The translations under genes were made by a program, and so were the position numbers. A stretch of 64,000 nt of DNA from Candidatus Omnitrophota bacterium (lineage in GTDB: Bacteria > Omnitrophota > Gorgyraeia > B26-G9): positions 430 to 64,429 of the forward strand of contig JAZDHG010000009.1 in NCBI GenBank assembly GCA_043806135.1. The letters are read 5' to 3'. The notes under the pieces were generated by a model. The model did not search any database and was not told the DNA's origin. It saw nothing but the letters and a program-made list of their open reading frames with translations. Below are positions 29,345 to 39,150 of this stretch, in pieces. Within the stretch, counting starts at the first letter, position 1. The number at the start of each line of letters is the position of its first letter.

Positions 29345-30952
29345 ATGTCACGAAAAAAAAGAAAATTTTCCAACTTGGATGAGCTAGGGCAAAATAAGGA
29401 TAGTGTTTTTGCAAAGGAACTTGAGGCGTTTTCTAATCAGGCTCCGATAATATTAAAGGAAGGTGAAATAATTAGCGGTAAAATAGTCGGTATTACAGGC
29501 AAAGAGGTGCTTGTTGATATTGGCTACAAGTCTGAAGGTATCCTCACCGTCGATGAATTTGATGATCCCTCCGAAATCAAGATCGATGCTCCAATTGATG
29601 TTTTGCTTGAGACCAAAGAAGATGAAAACGGTATGGTTATTGTCTCTAAACGAAAAGCTGACAGAACTCTGGGCTGGGAAAGAATAGTCAATAATTATAA
29701 AGAAGGTGATACTATCGAGGGTAAGGTCCACCGCAAAGTCAAAGGCGGGCTTATGGTCGACATAGGACTGGATGCTTTTTTACCTGCTTCTCAGCTGTCT
29801 CTGCGCGGCGTGCATAACATTGATCAGCATCTGGGCAAGACGTATGAATTCATGATCGTAAAGGTGAATAAGCCCAGAAAGAATATCGTATTATCCCGCA
29901 GAGAGCTTTTGATGAAAGAAAGAGAAGAAAGTAAAGAGCGTCTGCTTAAAGAGATCGCCAAGGGGCAGATCAGAAGCGGCCTGGTTAAGAACATCGCGGA
30001 TTTTGGTGTTTTTATTGATTTGGGCGGAGTTGACGGACTTCTGCACATTACTGATATGAGTTGGGGACGTATTTCTCATCCATCTGAATTGGTCGCTATC
30101 GGGGATACAATTGAAGTGAAAATTCTTGATATTGATACAGAAAGTAATAAGATTTCGCTCGGGTTAAAACAGAAAAGCGCAAGTCCCTGGACCGGAATTG
30201 ATGCAAAATATCCTGTAGGGGAAAAGATAAAAGGAAAGGTTGTTAATATCGTTCCTTACGGCGCGTTTATAGAGCTGGAAAAAGGTGTCGAGGGATTAAT
30301 CCATATTTCTGAGTTCTCCTGGACAAGACGCATATCTCATCCATCGGAAATTCTGGCTATTGGTGATATTGTGGAAGCCGTAGTGCTCAACCTGGACATA
30401 GACAATCAGAAGATAGCTCTTGGCATTAAACAGACAGAAAACGATCCATGGCAGGGAATAAGCGGCAAGTATGCCTCAGGCTCAAAAGTCAAAGGACGGG
30501 TTAGAAACCTGACTGATTACGGCGCATTTGTTGAGCTGGAAGAGGGTATTGACGGATTGGTCCATATCTCTGATATGTCCTGGACAAAGAAGATCAATAA
30601 TCCTTCTGATTTTCTTAAAAAAGGCCAGAAACTCGAGGTTGTGATTCTTATTGTTGATGAGGTAAACCATAAGATATCTCTTGGCTTAAAGCAGCTGAGC
30701 GAAGATCCATGGCCAAAGATCGCAGAACGTTATACTCTTGATATGCCGGTGGAAGGCCATATAACAAAAGTTACTACTTTCGGTATTTTTGTGGAAATTG
30801 ATAATGAACTGGAAGGCCTTGTGCATGTGACTGAAATCAACGTGGAACCGACAATGAAACTCGAAGACAGCTTCAAGGTGGGAGACAAGGTCAGTGCTAA
30901 GGTTATCAAGGTTGATAACGAACAAAGAAAGATAGGCCTGAGCATGAAATAA
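29345..30952 (+). CDS. rpsA: 30S ribosomal protein S1
   Basis: Six S1 repeats (GYKSEG, DGLLHITDMSW, GLIHISE); start could be 29315. Confidence 0.96.
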   Translation: MSRKKRKFSNLDELGQNKDSVFAKELEAFSNQAPIILKEGEIISGKIVGITGKEVLVDIGYKSEGILTVDEFDDPSEIKIDAPIDVLLETKEDENGMVIVSKRKADRTLGWERIVNNYKEGDTIEGKVHRKVKGGLMVDIGLDAFLPASQLSLRGVHNIDQHLGKTYEFMIVKVNKPRKNIVLSRRELLMKEREESKERLLKEIAKGQIRSGLVKNIADFGVFIDLGGVDGLLHITDMSWGRISHPSELVAIGDTIEVKILDIDTESNKISLGLKQKSASPWTGIDAKYPVGEKIKGKVVNIVPYGAFIELEKGVEGLIHISEFSWTRRISHPSEILAIGDIVEAVVLNLDIDNQKIALGIKQTENDPWQGISGKYASGSKVKGRVRNLTDYGAFVELEEGIDGLVHISDMSWTKKINNPSDFLKKGQKLEVVILIVDEVNHKISLGLKQLSEDPWPKIAERYTLDMPVEGHITKVTTFGIFVEIDNELEGLVHVTEINVEPTMKLEDSFKVGDKVSAKVIKVDNEQRKIGLSMK

Positions 30953-30977
30953 CGTTTACGAGCCATAGAGTAAATAT

Positions 30978-31009
30978 AAAGCGGGTGGATAAAACCACCC
31001 GCTTTTTTT
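30978..31009 (+). terminator. Intrinsic terminator after rpsA
   Basis: AAAGCGGGTGG..CCACCCGCTTTTTTT. Confidence 0.88.
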
Positions 31010-31058
31010 GTTATCAGTTAGTTTATTTAAAAAATTTCTGGCACATGTTTGAAACAGT

Positions 31059-31213
31059 GGCTGTGCTCCGCCGCAGCGGACAGGCTGCCCCTTAGCCCCC
31101 AGCCTTCCCCCGCACCAGAAAGACGGAGTCTTACGGTGCAGGGTAAAATTTCCTTTGTTAAATTAAGAAACCATGCCATGTATCGAGCTTTGCTCTGGTG
31201 CATGGGAATCAAA
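31059..31213. repeat. Repeat family B copy 1 (155 bp, multi-hairpin)
   Basis: Near-identical to 54794-54948 and 62847-62979. Confidence 0.9.
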
Positions 31214-31486
31214 GCTCCCGATACAGAGCATACGGGATAAATTCGACCATGTAACTTACCTCAATAATTCTGTAAGTTACGGTCTCATTTTAAAACCGCC
31301 CCTGAGAAATGTACACTTATTTTCTAATGGTTTAGGCTCACTGACTCTCCGCCTTTGGCGGATCGCCTCCGAAAAAGCAGTCCTGCCTTACGGCGCTACA
31401 ACATCGTGTTTGCGTCCAGCCACCTAAAACAAAGAAATATATGCTAAAAATTCCAAAAGGGGATAAGAAAAATATTACTGTTTTTT

Positions 31487-31618
31487 GACGCAATACGCAA
31501 CTCACAATTCATAACTAATTTCGCGACTTTTTACTTTTACCTTTTTACTTTTTACTTAGAATTGCGTCCATCTTCCTTCGGGTTTTTACGCAATACACAA
31601 TCCGCGATACGCAATTCT
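31487..31618 (-). repeat. Stack of heptamer tandem-repeat arms
   Basis: On the - strand GAATTGC/GTATCGC/GTATTGC, GAAGGAA/GATGGAC, AAAAGTA/AAAGGTA x4, GTTATGA/GTGAGTT, starting just after the stop of 31627..32157. Confidence 0.65.
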
Positions 31619-31626
31619 GCTTCCAA

Positions 31627-32157
31627 TTATTTTCTATCGAAAAAGATATTCTTGCCAGTCGCTGATAGGGGAATTGCCAGGGCAGTCTTCACCCCTTTAT
31701 CCTTAAAAAGATCGATGTTTAAAGCCGCTTTTCCAGCAGAATACATTATTCTATTATCTATTCTGAAATCACTGGCAATACTTACCGCTGAGCCCGTGGC
31801 AATGCCCAGATCAATGGAATTAAAAGCGCAGATGCCTTTGGCTTTTGTTAGAGCAGCGCAGTCTTTATAGCCGCAAAAACCGCAGTATGTCAGGCCTATA
31901 GCGCCTGTCTTTGTGCCGATGAGCAGAATCGCGCCTGCATGTCTTAAATTTTCCGCGTCTCTTTTAAATCCGGGCTTATTATGCTTTTTGGCCGCTTCAT
32001 TCATGGCCTTGATAAGTTTTGATTTTTCCTTTTCCGTGCTGATTATCAGTGTTTTGATATTATCAACGCCTCTGACTTTTGGAGCCGTACGTGCTGCTGC
32101 GGCCATAAAACCGGCTATTTGCATAAGAGCGTTTTTTTCCGCTTGCGAGTTTTTCAT
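31627..32157 (-). CDS. DUF2148-type ferredoxin-domain protein
   Basis: AAARTAPK, CGFCG..C, DLGIATGSA, DNRIMYSAG motifs. Confidence 0.8.
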   Translation of the reverse strand: MKNSQAEKNALMQIAGFMAAAARTAPKVRGVDNIKTLIISTEKEKSKLIKAMNEAAKKHNKPGFKRDAENLRHAGAILLIGTKTGAIGLTYCGFCGYKDCAALTKAKGICAFNSIDLGIATGSAVSIASDFRIDNRIMYSAGKAALNIDLFKDKGVKTALAIPLSATGKNIFFDRK

Positions 32158-32213
32158 TATATCTCCTCCTTTTCCAAAATTGTAACAGCCTCGTGTTAGG
32201 ATGTCAAGGGTAC

Positions 32214-32244
32214 CAAAAACCCCACCCCCGGTGTGGGGTTTTTG
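32214..32244. repeat. Hairpin C copy 1 (AAAAACCCCAC...GTGGGGTTTTT)
   Basis: One mismatch to 32978-33006. Confidence 0.8.
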
Positions 32245-32298
32245 AGGTTAACCATCGACTATTAGCTATTAACCGTCGTCCATAGCCTACAAAGCTTG

Positions 32299-32327
32299 TT
32301 GACAGGTATGGTTTGAGGATGTACTAT
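32299..32327 (+). promoter_or_regulatory. sigma70-type promoter
   Basis: TTGACA-17 nt-TACTAT upstream of 32393. Confidence 0.6.
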
Positions 32328-32392
32328 ATTTTTTGGGTTAAATGTGGGCGAATGGGCTGTACCGATAAAACAGTGTTTAAAGGAAAGAAACA

Positions 32393-32965
32393 ATGGTTAA
32401 AATTAAAGAATTAAGTGAAATTGCAATTGCTATAGATACTTGGAACGATATTTTTTCCGATTTTGATCCCAGGCCTTTGAGCGAACGGATTCTTTCTGAA
32501 GATTTTATTATTGAACTAAAACAGCGTTATCGGGAAGCAAATAAAGGGGATCTTATTGTGATAATTTGCGCTCCGCAATCTCTTGAGGACAAAAAGTCGG
32601 AACGCACAGTCTCTAAGAGATTAAAACGCCATTTCCTGCACAGAGCTTTAATGCGAAGAAAAGAAAATAATCGTATTCGCATCCGGGGCATTGTATTTGT
32701 GCTGTGCGGTATTTGTTTTCTTACCTTTTTAACCCTGGCTGCCTATTATAAGTGGTTTAATGATTTAGCGATAAATATTATGAGTATTATAGTGATGCCT
32801 TTAGGATGGTTTGGTATATGGGAAGGATTTTCTAAGATTGTAGATATTTCATCCTCATTTATCCAAGAAGAAAGGTTTTATAATAAACTTAGCAAAGCGC
32901 AGTATTGTTTTACATATATCGCTGCTAATGCTGAACCAAAGCAAAGCGAAAACAAAAAAGGATGA
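32393..32965 (+). CDS. Hypothetical two-TM membrane protein
   Basis: 190-aa ORF; DIFSDFDPRP...R.LSEDF N-terminus; two TM helices with GWFGIWEG. Confidence 0.7.
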   Translation: MVKIKELSEIAIAIDTWNDIFSDFDPRPLSERILSEDFIIELKQRYREANKGDLIVIICAPQSLEDKKSERTVSKRLKRHFLHRALMRRKENNRIRIRGIVFVLCGICFLTFLTLAAYYKWFNDLAINIMSIIVMPLGWFGIWEGFSKIVDISSSFIQEERFYNKLSKAQYCFTYIAANAEPKQSENKKG

Positions 32966-32977
32966 ACTTCCAATCAG

Positions 32978-33006
32978 AAAAACCCCACCCCCGGGGTGGG
33001 GTTTTT
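32978..33006. repeat. Hairpin C copy 2
   Basis: AAAAACCCCACCCCCGGGGTGGGGTTTTT; may also terminate transcription. Confidence 0.8.
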
Positions 33007-33272
33007 GGTGATCCCTCTCAAACTGAGGACAGGTGAATGATTAAGCTGCAGCATGTTTAACATATTGATATATTGGGTGTATTTTGGGGTAAGTTCAAAT
33101 TGTAACTTATGTTCCCGGTTTATTTTGTTAACTATGTTACCAGTTTTTACCCAAGATTGGATTGCATAGGTTCAATCTCTTTTTTATTCCCCTTTTTAGC
33201 TCGACAAATTGTTTAGAGAATATTATAATTAACACAGAGGCAAAAAGGGGAGAGACGTAGAAAAAACAACCA

Positions 33273-33734
33273 ATGATTCATGATTCTTTAAAAAATTTTA
33301 ATGATTACATAAATGTGCATCCGTGGTTTAAGCAGGTGTCCAGCTATCTGGAGGGCGGGATCGCGGATATTGCCGTGGGCAGGTATGCTGTCGGCGACGG
33401 GGTTATCGCTTTGGTGAGTGAGTATAACTCAAAAGATATAGGCGTTGGTTATATCGAGGGGCATCGTACGTATATTGATATCCAGATAATGTTAAACGGT
33501 ACGGAAAAGATCGGAGTTTGTAATATCGATGACTGTAAAAAAGAACCTTATGATCTGGAAAAAGATTTACAGAAGATGACCGGAGCCGTGGATTTTTTTA
33601 CCTTAAAACCCGGCTATTTTGCCGTGTTTTTCCCCCAGGACGGACACATGCCCCAGATCAAGGCCGGGCAAAAAAGCGAGCATGTGAAAAAGATGGTGAT
33701 CAAAGTGGAAATTACCGGCAAGCAAGATCATTAG
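33273..33734 (+). CDS. YhcH/YjgK/YiaL family protein
   Basis: EGHRTYIDIQ..G.E, FAVFFPQDGHMP, KKMVIKV. Confidence 0.9.
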   Translation: MIHDSLKNFNDYINVHPWFKQVSSYLEGGIADIAVGRYAVGDGVIALVSEYNSKDIGVGYIEGHRTYIDIQIMLNGTEKIGVCNIDDCKKEPYDLEKDLQKMTGAVDFFTLKPGYFAVFFPQDGHMPQIKAGQKSEHVKKMVIKVEITGKQDH

Positions 33735-33768
33735 GCTTTATTGCTGCTCTTAAGGAAGGAAAATAGTC

Positions 33769-35682
33769 TTGCGAAATGAGAAAAAAATCGCTCTCCCTTT
33801 TCCCTCTGGGTATCTTATAGTATGTATCTTAACAAACCTTTTTTTTCTAAATGTCTGTTTTGCTCAGCAGTTTTGCCCTTCAGAACATCCGGCCCAAATA
33901 AGGATGGGAGTAAGGGGGGCAAACAGCCGGGATAATGTATGGGGATACACAGATATTTTCTTTCCAGTTTATAATAACAGAGACTCTATACTCTATGGAG
34001 CAAGTGATTTTCTGATCTTCCTTAATCCAAAGATCACTATGACTGATTTCTCCACCGATGAAGAAAATTTTGGTGCAGGCTTTCGATATCTGGCCTCAGA
34101 TTTATTATTTGAACAAGGTATTATTTTTGGTTGTAATGTTTATTATGATACAGCTTACAGTGAAAACGGATGCCGCCATACCCAGATTGGTTTAGGAGTA
34201 GAATTTTTGTCACAAGTTCTGGATTTAAGGACTAATTATTATTTACCAGCCTCAGATAAGCAAATCGCAGATCATTATTATGACTTTGCCCAGAGAAGTC
34301 TCAGCCAATATTTTAAAGAAGAGGAGTCATTGCGGGGATATGATGCGGAAATAGGGATTCCCGTTCCAATACTAAGCAGTATTATCGAAACATGGGTTTA
34401 TGGAGGCGGGTACTGGTATAATTCAACGATCAGCGAAAATATAGAAGGATTAAAAGCAAGGATACAAATAAACCCTGCGCCGCTGATAACATTCAGCGCT
34501 GAAGTTAAAGATGATAATGTGTTTGGAAGTGATACTTTTGTCGGCGGGTTTGTTAGTCTGCCATTTGACTTTGGTAATTTATTGCAACGCAAAAATCCGT
34601 TTGAAGGATGGCAGGAGGCAGCAAAATTTCAAAGAGGAAAAAGATCTTTAGCTCAACGTATGACAGAACCGGTAATAAGAGATATAAATATTATCACAAC
34701 TGCTAAGACTCGTTCAGAAAAAGCACATGATATGATCTTTGTCGATAACTCTAACGTTGCGGACAGCCTTGAAGACGGCTCATTGGATCACCCGCATAAT
34801 ACATTATCTGAAGCTTTTTCAAATTCTATTTATGAAGAAGGGGTTTGGATATATGTAAATAGTGGTGATGGCAGCAGCACTGGCTATACGGGGAATTTTA
34901 CGCTTGTAAATAGAGTTGTTGTTTGGGGACAGGGGTATCAATATCTTAATTTAGGCGGAGGGGATTATCCGAAAATAGATGGCGGCGGAGCAGGTAATGT
35001 TTTCACTTTGGGAAATGACAATACTATAATGGGCTTACAAATACAGAATGGAGACGAAGGGATTTACGGGAAAAATATAACCAGCACTGAAATAAGGAAT
35101 AATGTTATTACCAATAATATCGGAGATGGAATTCATCTGGAAACAGATAGTACATATAATTTATCTGCTCAAATCTCAGGCAATACGATCGATAGTAATA
35201 TTGCTAATGGGGTAGTTATATGGAGTGAGGATTCAAGTCTTATATCTGCTGCCTTCACTCAAAATACGATTGATGATAATGGTGGTACTGGAATTTACCA
35301 TTGGAGTGGGGATTCAAGTACCATTAACACAACTTTTTCGGGAAATACAATTAGCAGTAACGGAGGCAGCGGAATTTATCTGCAAAGCAATACAAGTAGT
35401 GTGTTAACGAGTTCTCTTTCAAGAAATAAAATATACGCAAATGCCTTAGACGGAGTTTATTTGTCGGATTTAGGCAGCAGCATTCTGACTTTGGATATGG
35501 GAAACGGTGCCCGGGGTTGCGGAGGGTATAATTCGGTCTATAGTAATGGCGATAGAGACGTAGATAATGATACGGCACTTACGGTAAAAGCTGAAAATAA
35601 CTGGTGGGGGCCAGCATTAAGTTCTACGCAATTTGGAGGTGATGTGGATTATAATCCTTATTTAAGTTCCGATCCTAATTAG
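33769..35682 (+). CDS. Inverse-autotransporter-like beta-barrel plus parallel beta-helix passenger
   Basis: Signal peptide; NFGAGFR, FGCNVYYD, QIGLGVEF, RTNYYLP, RMTEPVIRD barrel motifs; Asn/Gly-rich N.I..N...GI repeats; NWWG end. Confidence 0.75.
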   Translation: MRNEKKIALPFPSGYLIVCILTNLFFLNVCFAQQFCPSEHPAQIRMGVRGANSRDNVWGYTDIFFPVYNNRDSILYGASDFLIFLNPKITMTDFSTDEENFGAGFRYLASDLLFEQGIIFGCNVYYDTAYSENGCRHTQIGLGVEFLSQVLDLRTNYYLPASDKQIADHYYDFAQRSLSQYFKEEESLRGYDAEIGIPVPILSSIIETWVYGGGYWYNSTISENIEGLKARIQINPAPLITFSAEVKDDNVFGSDTFVGGFVSLPFDFGNLLQRKNPFEGWQEAAKFQRGKRSLAQRMTEPVIRDINIITTAKTRSEKAHDMIFVDNSNVADSLEDGSLDHPHNTLSEAFSNSIYEEGVWIYVNSGDGSSTGYTGNFTLVNRVVVWGQGYQYLNLGGGDYPKIDGGGAGNVFTLGNDNTIMGLQIQNGDEGIYGKNITSTEIRNNVITNNIGDGIHLETDSTYNLSAQISGNTIDSNIANGVVIWSEDSSLISAAFTQNTIDDNGGTGIYHWSGDSSTINTTFSGNTISSNGGSGIYLQSNTSSVLTSSLSRNKIYANALDGVYLSDLGSSILTLDMGNGARGCGGYNSVYSNGDRDVDNDTALTVKAENNWWGPALSSTQFGGDVDYNPYLSSDPN

Positions 35683-35698
35683 TATACATAACAAAATC

Positions 35699-35729
35699 AA
35701 AAGATTGAACCGCGCAGGTTCAATCTTTT
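35699..35729. repeat. Hairpin D (AAGATTGAACC...GGTTCAATCTT); related copies at 33153-33178 and 54649-54659
   Basis: Perfect 13-bp stem; degenerate copy upstream of 33273. Confidence 0.65.
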
Positions 35730-35785
35730 CCTCTGTCGACTATTGACCATCGACCATGAGCGATTGACTATCGACGGAAACCTGA

Positions 35786-35814
35786 TTGACAACCTGAAGA
35801 GTCTATGTTATTAT
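35786..35814 (+). promoter_or_regulatory. sigma70-type promoter of tyrS
   Basis: TTGACA-17 nt-TATTAT. Confidence 0.65.
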
Positions 35815-35834
35815 ACGCAAAAAGGTAAGGTGAA

Positions 35835-37076
35835 ATGAAGTTTAAGCCGGTTAATGAACAATTAGAGATAATTAAACGCGGGGCGGTTGAGCTTATATCA
35901 GAGCAGGAGCTCACAAAAAAACTGCAGAAATCTTTTGAGACAGGGAAGCCGCTTATTATAAAAGCAGGTTTTGATCCCAGTGCTCCGGATATTCATTTGG
36001 GCCATACTGTATTGCTTCGTAAGCTCAAACAGTTTCAGGACCTCGGCCATGAAATAAAATTCCTAATCGGTGATTTTACAGGCATGATCGGAGACCCTTC
36101 CGGGAAATCCGAGATCAGAAAACAGCTTACCCGAGAGGAAGTCAGCGTTAATAGCAAAACCTATCAGCTGCAGGTCAGCAAAGTCCTAAAAAAAGAGATC
36201 AATCCTGTGTTTAATAGCCACTGGTTCGAAAAATTCACGCCTTATGAATTTCTGCGCCTGAGCGCGCATCTAACGGTTGCCCAGATGCTGGCTAGAGATG
36301 ATTTTAAACAGCGTTATGCCAAAGGTCAGGATATCAGTATTCTGGAATTCATGTATCCGCTGCTTCAGGGATATGATAGCGTGGAATTAAAGGCAGATGT
36401 GGAGCTTGGCGGTACGGACCAGAAGTTCAATCTGCTGGTAGGCAGGCAGATGCAGAAAGACTGCAATGTGCCGCAGCAGTGCGTGCTCATGATGCCGCTG
36501 CTTGAAGGGCTGGACGGGGTGCAGAAAATGAGCAAAAGCCTTGATAATTATGTGGGAATTAATGAGCCGGCGGATGTGATGTATGGGAAAATAATGTCTA
36601 TATCTGATGAGCTGATGTACCGCTATTATGAACTGCTTACTGATGTACCGCTTGCACAGATAAAAAAATATAAGAGCGATATCGCCTTAGGAAAACTGCA
36701 TCCTAAAAAATGCAAAGAGGATCTCGCGCTTCTTATAACCAAATGTTATTATAGCGCGGATGAGGCACAAAAAGCAGGCCAGACCTTTAATAGCCGCTTC
36801 AGCGGCGGCACGAACTGGGACGATACGGATAACTTTGAGAGTGTTTTTATTAAGAGATCACAATGGCAAGACGGTAAACTTTGGGTATGCAAAATACTCA
36901 CTTTGACCGGAGCGTGTAAAAGTAATTCTGATGCCAGGCGTCTTATTCAGCAAAAAGCAGTTGTTTTAAACGGCAAGACTTTAACCGATGCTAACCTTGA
37001 ACTTCCCGTGCCGGAAAAAGAATATCTTCTTAAGGCCGGGAAAAAGAAATTTGTCCGAATATTAGTGGATGGATAA
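35835..37076 (+). CDS. tyrS: Tyrosyl-tRNA synthetase
   Basis: GFDPSAPDIHLGH, YPLLQGYDS, GGTDQKFN, KMSKS. Confidence 0.97.
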   Translation: MKFKPVNEQLEIIKRGAVELISEQELTKKLQKSFETGKPLIIKAGFDPSAPDIHLGHTVLLRKLKQFQDLGHEIKFLIGDFTGMIGDPSGKSEIRKQLTREEVSVNSKTYQLQVSKVLKKEINPVFNSHWFEKFTPYEFLRLSAHLTVAQMLARDDFKQRYAKGQDISILEFMYPLLQGYDSVELKADVELGGTDQKFNLLVGRQMQKDCNVPQQCVLMMPLLEGLDGVQKMSKSLDNYVGINEPADVMYGKIMSISDELMYRYYELLTDVPLAQIKKYKSDIALGKLHPKKCKEDLALLITKCYYSADEAQKAGQTFNSRFSGGTNWDDTDNFESVFIKRSQWQDGKLWVCKILTLTGACKSNSDARRLIQQKAVVLNGKTLTDANLELPVPEKEYLLKAGKKKFVRILVDG

Positions 37077-39150
37077 AAATAATCAAATCCTCAGTCAATC
37101 CGCACAATTTTTAAAAGGTGTTGGTCCTAAGAAAATAAAATCCCTGAACAATCTCAATATTTTTACTGTGCGCGATCTGCTTTTTTATTTCCCGCACAGA
37201 TATGAAGACAGAAGCAATCTTAAAAAAATCAATAAGATCAGTGTCGGAAGTGTGGAAACTATACGCGGTCGCGTATTGACTATGGGGCTTAGGCGATTGC
37301 GGGGAAGAATAACTATTTTTCAGCTTGCCGTCGGCGATGAGAGCGGAGTGGTCTACGGGACATGGTTTAATCAGCCGTATATGAAAAATGTTTTTAAAAT
37401 TGACGATGATGTGATCCTGCACGGTAAGGTTGACCGCTATTCAAAACTGCAGATAAACTCACCTGAATATGAAATACTAAAAAGCGATGATAAGGAGACT
37501 ATTCATACAGGACGCATTGTACCGGTTTATCCGCTGGGAGCGGATGTCTATCAGCGCTATTTGCGTTCTTTGCTTAAACGCACTCTGGATAGTTATCTGG
37601 ATGAGGTTATTGAATTTCTGCCGCAGCAAATGCTGAAGGAAAACGAACTTTGTCCTATTAAACAGGCACTGCAAAATGTGCATTTTCCGGATAATTTCGA
37701 GAAATTGGAAAATGCCCGCAAAAGATTGATCTTTAATGAATTTTTCCTGCTGCAGCTGGCTATTGCCATAAGAAAGTATGATATGAAGGAAAATGTTGCC
37801 GGGGTAGGATTTAAAATGCGCGGCAAACTTTTGGATCAATTCGCGAAGAAGCTGCCTTTTGAACTTACCTCAGATCAAAAGAACGTAATAAAAGATATTG
37901 AAGATGATATGCGCTGTGTAAAGCCGATGAACCGGCTTTTACAGGGGGATGTGGGCAGCGGAAAGACGATTGTCAGCATGTGGGCACTTGTCGGATGTGT
38001 GGCTGATAAATATCAGGCCGCGCTAATGGCGCCGACAGAAATTCTTGCCCGCCAGCATTATAATAATATAACGGAAATGCTTGAACCTCTGGGGATAAAA
38101 GTGGTGCTGCTTGTCAGCGGAATGAAGAAAAGAGAAAAAGAGGAAATAAACAGGCAGATCACGGAAAATAAGGTGAATATTGTAATCGGTACCCATTCTC
38201 TGATCCAAGAGACGGTTAAATGGAAAAAATTGGGCCTGATCATAGTTGATGAACAGCATAAATTCGGTGTAATGCAAAGGGTCAAGCTGCAGAAAAAAGG
38301 CAAAGCCCCGGATGTTCTGGTTATGAGCGCAACACCGATACCGCGGACATTGGCCATTACAGTTTATGGAGACCTTGATGTATCAACAATTCATGAATTG
38401 CCGCCGGGAAGAACGCCGGTGGAGACTTACTGGATCAGTGAGAAAAAAAGAAATGATTTCTATGTGTTCTTAAAGAAAAAGATAAAAGAGAAAAATCAGG
38501 TTTATGTTGTCTACCCTTTGGTGGAAAAATCCAAAGTTCTGGATCTTAAGGCTGCTACAAAGATGTACGAGCATTTTAAAAATGATATCTTCCCCGATGT
38601 TAATGTGGGATTGATACACGGCAGGATGAAGGACGAGGAAAAGAAAGGCGTAATGCGGCTGTTCAGGACAGGTGAGATAGATATACTAGTGGCTACAACC
38701 GTTATTGAAGTGGGTATTGATGTGCCGAACGCCTCGATCATTCTCGTCGAACATGCCGAACGCTTCGGCCTTAGCCAGCTGCACCAGCTCAGAGGACGCG
38801 TGGGACGGGGAAGAAAACAGGCTTACTGTGTGTTGCTTTCAGAAGCGAAAAGCGAGGATGCCGCTAAAAGGCTCTCGGCAATGATTAATACTAATGACGG
38901 GTTTAAAATAGCCGAGGTCGATCTGCTTATTCGCGGACCGGGTGAATTCTTTGGGACAAAACAGCACGGCATGCCTGAGCTTAAAATCGCCAATATCTTG
39001 ACCGACAGGCAGATATTGCTTGCGGCCCGAAAAGAAGCATTTGCCCTGTTCAAGGGAAATCCGGATATAAAGAATGAAAAAAATAACCTGATGATCAGTG
39101 AAATGTTTGCTATATTCCCCCAGAATCAGGAACTTCTTTCTGCCCGATGA
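37069..39150 (+). CDS. recG: ATP-dependent DNA helicase RecG
   Basis: LQGDVGSGKT, DEQHKFGV, SATPIPR, QLHQLRGRVGRG. Confidence 0.97.
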   Translation: MDKNNQILSQSAQFLKGVGPKKIKSLNNLNIFTVRDLLFYFPHRYEDRSNLKKINKISVGSVETIRGRVLTMGLRRLRGRITIFQLAVGDESGVVYGTWFNQPYMKNVFKIDDDVILHGKVDRYSKLQINSPEYEILKSDDKETIHTGRIVPVYPLGADVYQRYLRSLLKRTLDSYLDEVIEFLPQQMLKENELCPIKQALQNVHFPDNFEKLENARKRLIFNEFFLLQLAIAIRKYDMKENVAGVGFKMRGKLLDQFAKKLPFELTSDQKNVIKDIEDDMRCVKPMNRLLQGDVGSGKTIVSMWALVGCVADKYQAALMAPTEILARQHYNNITEMLEPLGIKVVLLVSGMKKREKEEINRQITENKVNIVIGTHSLIQETVKWKKLGLIIVDEQHKFGVMQRVKLQKKGKAPDVLVMSATPIPRTLAITVYGDLDVSTIHELPPGRTPVETYWISEKKRNDFYVFLKKKIKEKNQVYVVYPLVEKSKVLDLKAATKMYEHFKNDIFPDVNVGLIHGRMKDEEKKGVMRLFRTGEIDILVATTVIEVGIDVPNASIILVEHAERFGLSQLHQLRGRVGRGRKQAYCVLLSEAKSEDAAKRLSAMINTNDGFKIAEVDLLIRGPGEFFGTKQHGMPELKIANILTDRQILLAARKEAFALFKGNPDIKNEKNNLMISEMFAIFPQNQELLSAR

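Noticed and set aside
31027-31427. Short ORFs over repeat B (also 54765..54947, 62475..62978, 62921..63166)
   Set aside because: They overlap on both strands and are translations of the non-coding repeat.
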